Origin: Bacilli bacterium
GTDB lineage: Bacteria; Bacillota_I; Bacilli_A; RFN20; CAG-826
DNA: 59,909 bases
Assembly (NCBI GenBank): GCA_016296775.1
Contig: JAEDIE010000004.1
Coordinates: 1 to 59,909 of the forward strand
Direction of reading: 5' to 3'
Shown: positions 27,768 to 35,853 of the stretch, piece after piece
How positions within the stretch are numbered: the stretch's first letter is position 1
Layout: the number at the start of each line of letters is the position of its first letter
Notes under the pieces: model-generated
What the model saw: only the letters and a program-made list of their open reading frames with translations
What the model was told of the DNA's origin: nothing
Database searches by the model: none
Translations under genes and position numbers: made by a program

Positions 27768-28309
27768 TATTCAAAAGAAGAATAAATATTCAATTTTTCA
27801 AAAAATACGTCTAGTAATAGACTTATTTTTTGTTTAGAGATATTTTCGCTATTTTTAACTACATTTACTATTCCATTTAATATATTTAAATATATTTGAA
27901 GAAAGTTAGCTAAATTAACATAGTATGATCCGACTTCTACAATGTTCGTATGATAAATTTTAGTAACATAATAAGAAAAATAATAATTAATTTCTTCTAG
28001 ATTTTTCCTTAATTGTTCATCGCTTAAGCTTTTAATTTTATCTATATTAGAACTTAAAATATCTACAAAATAGCTAGTATTTTGGTTTAAGAACTTCTTA
28101 AAAGGAAGATGATTTGTTTTATCTAAATAATATTTAGAAAAAATATATATCGATATTTCATCTATAAATTCAAGATCATTTTCATAGTTCTTTTTGTAAT
28201 TATAGTATGAAATCCCCTCTCTTTTTAAAAACGCAGTAATAGAAGGTCTAATAAATAAATTAGAACCTAAATAAGAGCAAAAGCTCTCATCAATTTGATT
28301 ATGTGTCAC
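27722..28309 (-). CDS. Hypothetical cytoplasmic protein (195 aa)
   Basis: Intact ORF downstream of, and co-oriented with, the large surface-protein gene. No recognisable motif. Its 3' end overlaps the DUF177 gene by 46 nt (convergent). Confidence 0.45.
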   Translation of the reverse strand: MTHNQIDESFCSYLGSNLFIRPSITAFLKREGISYYNYKKNYENDLEFIDEISIYIFSKYYLDKTNHLPFKKFLNQNTSYFVDILSSNIDKIKSLSDEQLRKNLEEINYYFSYYVTKIYHTNIVEVGSYYVNLANFLQIYLNILNGIVNVVKNSENISKQKISLLLDVFFEKLNIYSSFEYQSKSKSLSLSKGES

Positions 28310-28403
28310 AACTAAATTCCTCTTACATATATTTTAGAGGTGTCTAATATAGACATAATCAAAAATCAAATTTTTCTTATGATTTATCGTAATAATTCAA
28401 GAT

Positions 28404-31400
28404 TTATTTATTGTCTAAATCTTTCTTTTCTTTTTTCTTTTTAATTAATTTCTTTATGAAATGATATGCTAATATACCAATAGTGATAAGAACAGCGGCA
28501 ATAGTAAAACCTGAATAATCGATCCAAACATCTTTTACAAGTCCGCTTCTTCCTTCGACAAATATTTGTATTAATTCTGTAAGAGAAGCAATACTTAATC
28601 CTTGTAAGAAATTGATTGGAATAGAATAGAACCATTTTTCTTTATCAAATTGAAGCATAAAGAATAATGTTGAACAAATTCCTAATACAAAGAATGCTCC
28701 AAAATGACCTAACGATTTTCTAATTAATAATAAGAAATTTGATATGTTTTCCTCGTTAATTAAAGGTTTTTTATCTACTTGAATTTTAATAGTTAATTTA
28801 AATGGACCGTTTTTAGTCTCATTATTTGAAGGAGTAAAACTATCATTAACACTTAAATAAATTTCTGTTGATCCTTGTTGGATGGTTGTAATTGTTCCAT
28901 CATTTCCTATTTCAAGAATTTTATCTTCCGTTTCTTTTTCATCTTCTTTAGAAGAATATGTTACCATTTTAAAAGTTGTATCTTCTGTAAAGTTAGGAGT
29001 AATTTTAATACTACTCGCTGTATAAATATGAAGAGTTCCGTCGTCATCTTTTTTGTTAATTTTTCCTCTAACAATTAAGTTATCTTCTTGTAATTTGATG
29101 ATGTTATATACATTAACTTGAAATGTTTTTTCAACTAATGAAATTTTATCTTTAATTGTAATTAATGATTTACCAGCTTTTTTAAGAGTTAATTTATTAT
29201 CTTCTCCTACACTTACAATTGTAGGGTTGGAAGAAGTGATAATAGTAGAAATTGCAGTAGGAGTTTCTTGATAATCATAATTTAATTCTAGATCAATTAC
29301 TTCTGAAGTGAATCTTTGATAAATTTGTTGATGATTTTCATTAATATTAGTTGAAACTAATTGTTCATCATTTACTTTTAATGTGTAGTTTAAATCATCA
29401 ATTGTTATATGAGAAGAAGTAATAGTGAATGTTTTAGTATAATCGATGTCATTTAACGCTACTAAATAAGAAGGTTTAATTTTAATAGTTAATTTTCCTT
29501 CTTTTAAAGGAGTTATATAAAGAACTGTTCTTGTATTAATGTTTTCATATTTAGTTTTAAAATTTGGTGAAGATGTAACTTCAAGTCCATAAATATATGG
29601 GAAAGTTAAAGTGTACGATTTAGATATTTTTGTTTCGATATTATAGTTATCTTCCATTAATTCTAAAGAATCATCTAGTGCGTTTGTATCTAATGAAATA
29701 GAAGGCTTATAAACTGGAGCAGTAACTCTAAAGGTAAACTCGTTATTATTGTAATAAGTAGTAAAGTTTGAATCGATGTGAACAAAGTAAAACTCGACAA
29801 TACACTTATTTTTAAAAGTAAAATTATTTCCACTAATTGTTACATAATTAGTAAATTTTGATGAATCTATGTACATATTTTCACTAGGAGAAAATAATGA
29901 ATTAATCTTAATTTGTTTATTTTTTGGAGCGATATTTGTATTTGTGCCTTCAATTGAAGAAATAGTGAAGTAGTTATCTAAGTTATATGTTTTATTAATA
30001 ATCATATAATTATTACCATCATTTTCTTCGAATTCATTTAATGAGTTTTCATAATTAATTTTAGTAATTGAATATTGAATTGGTTCTGGTGGAAGAGGTT
30101 TTTCTTTAACTGTAACTGTAATACTTGAAGAAACTTCATTACCTTTAATATCTGTTAATTTCATAGTTAAAGTTGAAGTTCCAACCTTTAAAGCTTTGAT
30201 TTTTCCTGCACTTGTTACACTAACAACAGAAGGATCGCTTGAAGTAAATGTTTTAGTGAAGTAAGAAGAATTATTAATATATGAATTATATGAATAGTTA
30301 TATGGTGATATTTTATTAGTTTTTAATGTCCCAGTATAATCTACTGTTACAGAAGCTGTGTTGGTAAATGATCCTAAAGTTAAAGCAAATGAATTAATTT
30401 TAATAAATTCAACTTTAATTTGTTTTATTGCGCTAAATTCAGGATATTTAACACTTCTTATAATTACATTTGTTGTACCTTCTGCTTTACCTTCGATTCC
30501 TGAATTTGTACTATTAATCTTAGCTATTGATGTATCCTCGATAGAGTATTCAATATCTTTATAGGTTGGAATAGACGTTCCATTATTGTATTTTGGTAAT
30601 AATTTACTATCTGAAAAAGAAAGAGTGGTTGCTAATGAGATTGAGGGAATTGAACTTGAAGAGAATTCAAGTTTTTCAAAAGGAACGAAAGTATTAGGAT
30701 TATCAATAATTTTAACTTCAATTGATGTATTAATTGATGAATAAATTGTTATTTCTTCATAATCAGAGGAAGTTTTTGAAGGAATAATTATATTATCTGA
30801 AATAGAAAAATTATTTGAAGAATAAGAAAAATTATATGTTTTATATGTTGCATTTGTTGGTAAAAATTCAACATTAATTTTATATTGAGTATCAAGCCAT
30901 AAATCATATTTGTTATCGCTATTTTTATTTAATTCAACAATATTTCCATCTTGTACATAACTTAAAGTTACATTAATTGATTCGACATTTACTGGTAAAA
31001 CATTAACTCTAAAAGTGTCGGTTAAATCAGGATAATCTAAATTGGAAATAGAGAAATCAACTTCACCCTCTTTTATAAAGCGAATATACCCAGTATCTGA
31101 AATACAAGCAATAGATGTATCTGAAGAAACAAATTTTAAAGATTGGAAAGTGGCATTTTCAGGAGTAACGCTTGTTTCAAGTTGATAGGTATCCCCGACA
31201 TAAGCTTTATCAATTTTATTATTAATAGAAACTGAGGTAGGTTCTATTGCAATGCTAGTATCTCCTCCAGCATCATTAATAATATCAGCAATTCCTCCTC
31301 CAACAGTATTAGATTGATTGGCACTTTTTACTCCATTCATTGAAGCTTCAACTATTAAAGTAGTTGCACAACCAATGTAAGCAACTAAACATAAATAAGT

Positions 31401-31439
31401 AAAAATTTTCTTAAATTTAACAGGATTGAATTTCTTCAT
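28404..31439 (-). CDS. Large surface protein: N-terminal anchor, multiple Ig-like (Big_2-type) repeats, C-terminal VanZ-like membrane domain
   Basis: Start taken at MKKFNPVKFKK (31439). Hydrophobic N-terminus IFTYLCLVAYIGCATTL. At least 5 Big_2-like strand motifs (e.g. VTSAGKIKALKVGTSTLTM, VGEDNKLTLKKAGKSLITI, IGNDGTITTIQQGSTEIYL). C-terminal GHFGAFFVLG...LTELIQIFVEGRSGLVKDVWIDYSGF is VanZ-like (about 28450-28760). Confidence 0.75.
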   Translation of the reverse strand: MKKFNPVKFKKIFTYLCLVAYIGCATTLIVEASMNGVKSANQSNTVGGGIADIINDAGGDTSIAIEPTSVSINNKIDKAYVGDTYQLETSVTPENATFQSLKFVSSDTSIACISDTGYIRFIKEGEVDFSISNLDYPDLTDTFRVNVLPVNVESINVTLSYVQDGNIVELNKNSDNKYDLWLDTQYKINVEFLPTNATYKTYNFSYSSNNFSISDNIIIPSKTSSDYEEITIYSSINTSIEVKIIDNPNTFVPFEKLEFSSSSIPSISLATTLSFSDSKLLPKYNNGTSIPTYKDIEYSIEDTSIAKINSTNSGIEGKAEGTTNVIIRSVKYPEFSAIKQIKVEFIKINSFALTLGSFTNTASVTVDYTGTLKTNKISPYNYSYNSYINNSSYFTKTFTSSDPSVVSVTSAGKIKALKVGTSTLTMKLTDIKGNEVSSSITVTVKEKPLPPEPIQYSITKINYENSLNEFEENDGNNYMIINKTYNLDNYFTISSIEGTNTNIAPKNKQIKINSLFSPSENMYIDSSKFTNYVTISGNNFTFKNKCIVEFYFVHIDSNFTTYYNNNEFTFRVTAPVYKPSISLDTNALDDSLELMEDNYNIETKISKSYTLTFPYIYGLEVTSSPNFKTKYENINTRTVLYITPLKEGKLTIKIKPSYLVALNDIDYTKTFTITSSHITIDDLNYTLKVNDEQLVSTNINENHQQIYQRFTSEVIDLELNYDYQETPTAISTIITSSNPTIVSVGEDNKLTLKKAGKSLITIKDKISLVEKTFQVNVYNIIKLQEDNLIVRGKINKKDDDGTLHIYTASSIKITPNFTEDTTFKMVTYSSKEDEKETEDKILEIGNDGTITTIQQGSTEIYLSVNDSFTPSNNETKNGPFKLTIKIQVDKKPLINEENISNFLLLIRKSLGHFGAFFVLGICSTLFFMLQFDKEKWFYSIPINFLQGLSIASLTELIQIFVEGRSGLVKDVWIDYSGFTIAAVLITIGILAYHFIKKLIKKKKEKKDLDNK

Positions 31440-31869
31440 AGAAATTACTAACATTTAAATTATGAAACATTTAAAGTAAAAAAGAAATAAATATTTAATT
31501 AAAATATTTATGAACATTATTTAAAATTTATATGTTTCTAACATACATTTTATAAAAATATATTGGAAATCATATGTTTTTTTAAAATTAATGTCAAAAA
31601 TAGTTGCTAAATCATATAGTTTTTTATGATTAAAAATATTAAATTAGTATTTTGATTTATACTTATTTAAGAATGGTTAGAATTTATAGGTTAAATTTAT
31701 TTTTAAATGAAATTAGTGAAGTTTTAAAAAAACATATGAAATCCCAGTTATTTTAGTATTTTTATTTTTTATTCGAAAAATTTAGTAAATTGTTATTTGT
31801 TAATTGTTTATAGTTTAGGTTAGTTTTTGGTTAAATGATCGTTACTAAAAATAATATTTTTACTTTTTC

Positions 31870-31898
31870 TTGACTGGAAAACTTATTATAGATAAAAT
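31870..31898 (+). promoter_or_regulatory. Candidate sigma-A promoter for rpmG-secE-nusG
   Basis: TTGACT (31870-31875), 17 nt spacer, TAAAAT (31893-31898), about 30 nt upstream of the rpmG ATG. Confidence 0.5.
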
Positions 31899-31927
31899 TA
31901 TTTGACTGTATTAGAATATTGATAGTT

Positions 31928-32077
31928 ATGAGAAAGAAAGTTATTTTAATTTGCACTGAATGTCTATCAAGGAACTACACAGTTACCAAAAAAGTAGAAA
32001 CTTCTAGTGAGCGTATTGAGCTTAGAAAGTATTGTCCTACTTGTAATAAGCACACAATACATAAAGAATCGAGGTAG
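31928..32077 (+). CDS. rpmG: 50S ribosomal protein L33
   Basis: Absent from the supplied ORF track (49 aa). Hand translation: [49 protein letters not shown], with the two CxxC pairs typical of L33 and the canonical position before secE-nusG. Confidence 0.9.
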   Translation: MRKKVILICTECLSRNYTVTKKVETSSERIELRKYCPTCNKHTIHKESR

Positions 32078-32081
32078 TAAG

Positions 32082-32285
32082 ATGAGCAAAAAGAATCCAA
32101 TTAATTATTTTAAAGGTGTTGGTAGAGAAGCAAAGAGAGTTAGATGGCCAAAGAAAGACCAATTAATTCCATCAATTGTTGTTGTTTTAGCTATTGTTAT
32201 TTTTGCTGCATTATTCCTTTCTTTAGAAGATTTAGCTGCTAATACTATCATCGAACAAATTAAAGAAGCATTTAAAAACTTATAG
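32082..32285 (+). CDS. secE: Preprotein translocase subunit SecE
   Basis: Start at ATG 32082 after GAGGT. 67 aa, with a single TM (IVVVLAIVIFAALFL) and the KEAKRVRWPKK motif. Confidence 0.9.
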   Translation: MSKKNPINYFKGVGREAKRVRWPKKDQLIPSIVVVLAIVIFAALFLSLEDLAANTIIEQIKEAFKNL

Positions 32286-32296
32286 GAGGTTGTATT

Positions 32297-32893
32297 ATGG
32301 AAGAAGAAAAATTAGCTGAAATACAATGGTATATCGTTACTACTTATAGTGGAAACGAAAATAAAGCCAAAGAAAATATTGAACGCAGAATCATTTCATA
32401 TAATCTTGAAGACTATGTCAAAGATGTAATTGTTGCTGAACAAGAAGAACCAGATATCGATAAGAAGACAGGTTTACAAAAAACAAAGAAAGATAAAAAG
32501 ACTGGAGAAGAAATTCCACAATTTAAAGTTAGAAATCTTTTCCCTGGTTATGTCTTTGTTAAAATGATTATGACCGATGATGCTTGGTATATGGTTAGAA
32601 ATACACCACTTGTTACAGGTATTGCTGGTAGTGGCGGTGGTGGACAAAAACCATCTCCAGTTAGCTATAAAGAAATGGAAAGAGTTCTTAAAAGAATCGG
32701 AAAAGTTGAAGATTCAATGTATAGTAAATATCATGAAGGCGACCAAGTTAAGATTATTAACGGTACATTTGCTGGTATTGAAGGTACTATTGAAAAAATC
32801 GATCAACAAAACAATACTGTTCAAGTCAAAATACTTTTCTTTGGAAAAGTTACTATTCTTGACTTAGACTTTAGCGAAATTTTCAAAGACTAA
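32297..32893 (+). CDS. nusG: Transcription termination/antitermination factor NusG
   Basis: NGN domain WYIVTTYSGNE, KOW motif GDQVKIINGTFAGIEGTIEKID. A lysine-rich insertion lies within the NGN domain. Confidence 0.95.
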   Translation: MEEEKLAEIQWYIVTTYSGNENKAKENIERRIISYNLEDYVKDVIVAEQEEPDIDKKTGLQKTKKDKKTGEEIPQFKVRNLFPGYVFVKMIMTDDAWYMVRNTPLVTGIAGSGGGGQKPSPVSYKEMERVLKRIGKVEDSMYSKYHEGDQVKIINGTFAGIEGTIEKIDQQNNTVQVKILFFGKVTILDLDFSEIFKD

Positions 32894-32913
32894 TTTATTT
32901 AAATTAGGAAATT

Positions 32914-32945
32914 AAAAAACTGCTTGATTGTGAGCAGTTTTTTTG
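32914..32945 (+). terminator. Rho-independent terminator after nusG
   Basis: Stem ACTGCT (32919-32924), 8-nt loop, stem AGCAGT (32933-32938), flanked by an A-run and a T-run. Confidence 0.75.
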
Positions 32946-33040
32946 TTAGACTATTTCACGCGTATATGTGCATACGCTCATACGTGGGAGAAGAGGCGAA
33001 CTACTTCTAACCACAACTATTTAGAAAAGGAGATTTCAAA

Positions 33041-33451
33041 ATGGCAAAAAAAGTCGCAAAAGTTGTCAAGATGGAATTACCTGGCGGCGAAGCTAAACCA
33101 GGTCCAAAACTTGCAAGTGCCGGTGTTGTCATGCCAAAGTTCTGTACAGAATTTAATGCAAAAACAGCCGACAGAAAAGGACAAGTAGTCCCAGTTATTA
33201 TCACAGCTTACGAAGATAAAACCTTCAGCATGGATATTAAAACATCCCCAGTTACAGGTTTATTATTAAAAGCTGCTGGTATTGAAAAAGGTAGTGCTAA
33301 CCAAAAGACTATCGTTGGAAAAGTCACAAAAGCACAAATTAAAGAAATTGCTGAATACAAATTACCAGATTTAAATACTGATGATATTGAACAAGCAATG
33401 AAAATTATCGAAGGAAGTGCCCGTAATATGGGTATTAAAGTCGTTGATTAA
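33041..33451 (+). CDS. rplK: 50S ribosomal protein L11
   Basis: [29 protein letters not shown]... is the typical L11 N-terminus. SD AAGGAG. Confidence 0.97.
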   Translation: MAKKVAKVVKMELPGGEAKPGPKLASAGVVMPKFCTEFNAKTADRKGQVVPVIITAYEDKTFSMDIKTSPVTGLLLKAAGIEKGSANQKTIVGKVTKAQIKEIAEYKLPDLNTDDIEQAMKIIEGSARNMGIKVVD

Positions 33452-33464
33452 TTGGAGGTAGGTT

Positions 33465-34151
33465 ATGAAAAGATATGGTAAAAAATATCAAGCTGCTCTT
33501 AAATTAGTCGACAAGACAAAAGTTTATAGCATTGAAGAAGCTTGTAAATTAGTCAAACAAACATCAACAGTTAAATTTGATTCATCAGTTGATATTTCAT
33601 TCAATTTAAATATCAATACAAAATTAGCTGATCAACAAATCAGAGGAACTGTTGTTCTTCCTGGCGGAACTGGTAAAGATGTTAGAGTATTAGTTTTAAC
33701 TAATGCTAAACAAAAAGATGCTACTGAAGCTGGTGCAGATTTTGTTGGTGGTAAAGAATTACTTGAAAAAATCATTTCTGAAAAATGGTTTGATTTCGAT
33801 GTTATCTGCGCTACTCCAGATATGATGGGTGAAATTGGTAAAGCCGGTAGAATTTTAGGTCCTAAAGGATTAATGCCAAACCCAAAAACTGGTACAGTCG
33901 GAATGGATGTTGCCAAAATGGTCAAAGAATTAAAAGCTGGTAAAGTTGAATACCGTGCTGATAGAGATGGCAATGTCAACTTAGCTGTTGGTAAAGTTTC
34001 ATTTAGCGATGAAAAGTTAATTGAAAACGTTACAACAATTATTAGACAAATCTTAAAAGTAAGACCACAATCAGTCAAAGGTCAATACGTTAAGGTTTGT
34101 AAGATCCATACAACAATGGGTCCATCAATTAGTGTTGATTACAATATCTAA
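33465..34151 (+). CDS. rplA: 50S ribosomal protein L1
   Basis: 228 aa, with the GTVVLPGGTGK and LGPKGLMPNPKTGTV motifs. Confidence 0.97.
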   Translation: MKRYGKKYQAALKLVDKTKVYSIEEACKLVKQTSTVKFDSSVDISFNLNINTKLADQQIRGTVVLPGGTGKDVRVLVLTNAKQKDATEAGADFVGGKELLEKIISEKWFDFDVICATPDMMGEIGKAGRILGPKGLMPNPKTGTVGMDVAKMVKELKAGKVEYRADRDGNVNLAVGKVSFSDEKLIENVTTIIRQILKVRPQSVKGQYVKVCKIHTTMGPSISVDYNI

Positions 34152-34287
34152 TTGAACATTATTTAGTTTAGAAGGCAGAATATACCAAAGACAGTAACGG
34201 ACGATTGGATAGTCTTAATCATGTTACCGAGGTTAGAATAGATCCTCAAATGTATATTTAGCCTCAAAATATATAGGAGGTAAATCG
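34152..34287 (+). promoter_or_regulatory. Candidate rplJ (L10) autoregulatory leader
   Basis: A 136-nt untranslated gap separates rplA and rplJ, whereas neighbouring ribosomal junctions are 25 nt or less. It is comparatively G+C-richer (GAAGGCAGAATATACCAAAGACAGTAACGGACG). The position matches the Firmicutes L10 leader. I could not fold it convincingly by eye. Confidence 0.4.
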
Positions 34288-34773
34288 ATGAACAAAGACG
34301 TTTTAAAACAAAAAGAGTCTATTGTTAAAGAAGTAAGCGATTTAATTTCTTCTAATGAAGCTACTGTTGTTTGCGAATATCGTGGATTGACAGTTAAGCA
34401 AATGAGCGATTTAAGAAAAATCTTAAAGAAAAACAATGCATCAGCACTTGTTTACAAAAACTCATTAGTTGCTAGAGCTACAGTAGAAAAACCTGAATTT
34501 GAAACTTATTTAGCAGGACCAAATTTATTCGTTTTTTGTAAAGATGCCACAAACGGAAGCTTAAAAGATTTAGCTAAATTTGCTAAAAAGAATGAAGCTT
34601 TAGTTTTGAAAGGCGGACTTGTTGATGGCGAAGTAAGAGATGAGAAATACATCAAAACACTTGCAAGCTTACCATCAAAAGAAGGAATGCTCTCTATGTT
34701 ATTAAGTGTCTTACAAGCACCACTTAGAAACTTAGCTTACAGCATTAAAGAAGTTGCAGGTAAACAAAATTAA
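34288..34773 (+). CDS. rplJ: 50S ribosomal protein L10
   Basis: 161 aa, typical L10 pattern (EYRGLTVKQMSDLRK). SD AGGAGG. Confidence 0.95.
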   Translation: MNKDVLKQKESIVKEVSDLISSNEATVVCEYRGLTVKQMSDLRKILKKNNASALVYKNSLVARATVEKPEFETYLAGPNLFVFCKDATNGSLKDLAKFAKKNEALVLKGGLVDGEVRDEKYIKTLASLPSKEGMLSMLLSVLQAPLRNLAYSIKEVAGKQN

Positions 34774-34793
34774 TTTAATGGAGGATTAAAATT

Positions 34794-35171
34794 ATGGCAA
34801 AAATTAATATTGAAGAATTTATCGCATCTCTTAAAGAGATGACCGTTGTTGAATTAAACGAATTAGTAAAAGCTATTGAAACCGAATTTGGTGTCACAGC
34901 TGCTGCTCCTGTTGCAGGTGCTGCTGCTCCAGCTGAAGAAGAAGAAGCTGCAAAAGGACCAAGCGAAGTTACATTAACTTTAAAATCATGCGGAATGAAC
35001 AAAGTCAAAGTTATCAAGGCTGTCCAAGCTATCACAGGTTTAGGACTTATGGATGCCAAGAAACTTGTTGATGCTGCTCCAAGCCCAATTAAAGAACACA
35101 TTTCACCAGTTGAAGCTGAAGAACACAAGAAAGCTCTTGTCGAAGCTGGCGCTGAAGTTGAAATTAAGTAA
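34794..35171 (+). CDS. rplL: 50S ribosomal protein L7/L12
   Basis: Ala-rich hinge [16 protein letters not shown] and a C-terminal domain ending [10 protein letters not shown]. Confidence 0.97.
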   Translation: MAKINIEEFIASLKEMTVVELNELVKAIETEFGVTAAAPVAGAAAPAEEEEAAKGPSEVTLTLKSCGMNKVKVIKAVQAITGLGLMDAKKLVDAAPSPIKEHISPVEAEEHKKALVEAGAEVEIK

Positions 35172-35189
35172 TTAGGAAAAAATAATTAC

Positions 35190-35222
35190 AACCTGCTCTT
35201 TATCTATTAAGGGCAGGTTTTT
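35190..35222 (+). terminator. Rho-independent terminator or attenuator after rplL
   Basis: Stem ACCTGCTC (35191-35198), loop, stem GGGCAGGT (35211-35218) containing one G-U pair, then TTTTT. Confidence 0.7.
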
Positions 35223-35240
35223 GCCTATTTTAGAAACATT

Positions 35241-35828
35241 ATGAATCACTATTTTATTAACGATCCTGGCGACAAAAACGAGTATCGCGTTATATCATTT
35301 GTCTTTGATGATATTCCTATTTCGTTATTAACAGACCGCAATGTTTTCTCAAATAGAAGGTTAGATTTAGGCACTTTAGCACTTATAAAAGTGCTTTCAA
35401 AGGCTAACCTAGAAGGAAGTTTTCTTGATTTAGGTGCAGGCTATGGCCCCATCGGATTAACTTTAAAGATTGTTAATCCTAAATTAGATGTCACATTAAG
35501 TGATGTTAATGAAAGATGTATCAACCTTATTAATATTAATAAGGATAGATTAAATTTAGATGTTAAAGCTATAGTTTCGGATTCATTCTTAAATATAAAA
35601 GAAAATTTCAATACTATTAGTTTAAATTCTCCTATATCTTGTGGAAAAAGCGTATGCTTCAAACTTTATCAAGATGCAAAGGAACATTTAATTAGTGGTG
35701 GAAGTTTTTATTTAGTTATAAGAAAAGATAAAGGTGCATTATCTCATATAAAATATCTTTCTTCCTTATTTTCTGAAGTAAACGTTATATATAAGGAAAA
35801 AGGATATTATTGTATATTAGCTAAATAA
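35241..35828 (+). CDS. Class I SAM-dependent methyltransferase (YbxB/RsmC-like)
   Basis: Motif I FLDLGAGYGPIGL. It lies between rplL and rpoB, the same position as B. subtilis ybxB. Confidence 0.8.
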   Translation: MNHYFINDPGDKNEYRVISFVFDDIPISLLTDRNVFSNRRLDLGTLALIKVLSKANLEGSFLDLGAGYGPIGLTLKIVNPKLDVTLSDVNERCINLININKDRLNLDVKAIVSDSFLNIKENFNTISLNSPISCGKSVCFKLYQDAKEHLISGGSFYLVIRKDKGALSHIKYLSSLFSEVNVIYKEKGYYCILAK

Positions 35829-35853
35829 AAATTCATAAAAGGAGAAAAAAGAG

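Noticed and set aside
32943-33204. ORFs 32943-33188 (+) and 33007-33204 (-) spanning the rplK leader and 5' end.
   Set aside because: They overlap the nusG terminator and the clearly genuine L11 gene, and their translations have no protein-like features.
33632-34078. 148-aa ORF antisense to rplA. Similar antisense or overlapping-frame ORFs occur at 34775-35128 (rplL), 41703-42101 (rpoC), 46909-47175 (hup), 48073-48396 (dnaD), 58101-58439 (gltX), 56387-56689 (ychF), 55876-56118, 35441-35662, 36087-36302, 37113-37328, 17773-17961, 8209-8403, 44648-44842, 47601-47786, 51921-52112, 55077-55286 and 59386-59592.
   Set aside because: All lie fully inside well-supported conserved genes on the opposite strand. 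They have low-complexity, hydrophobic or Ser/Leu-rich translations typical of antisense frames, and no SD sequences.
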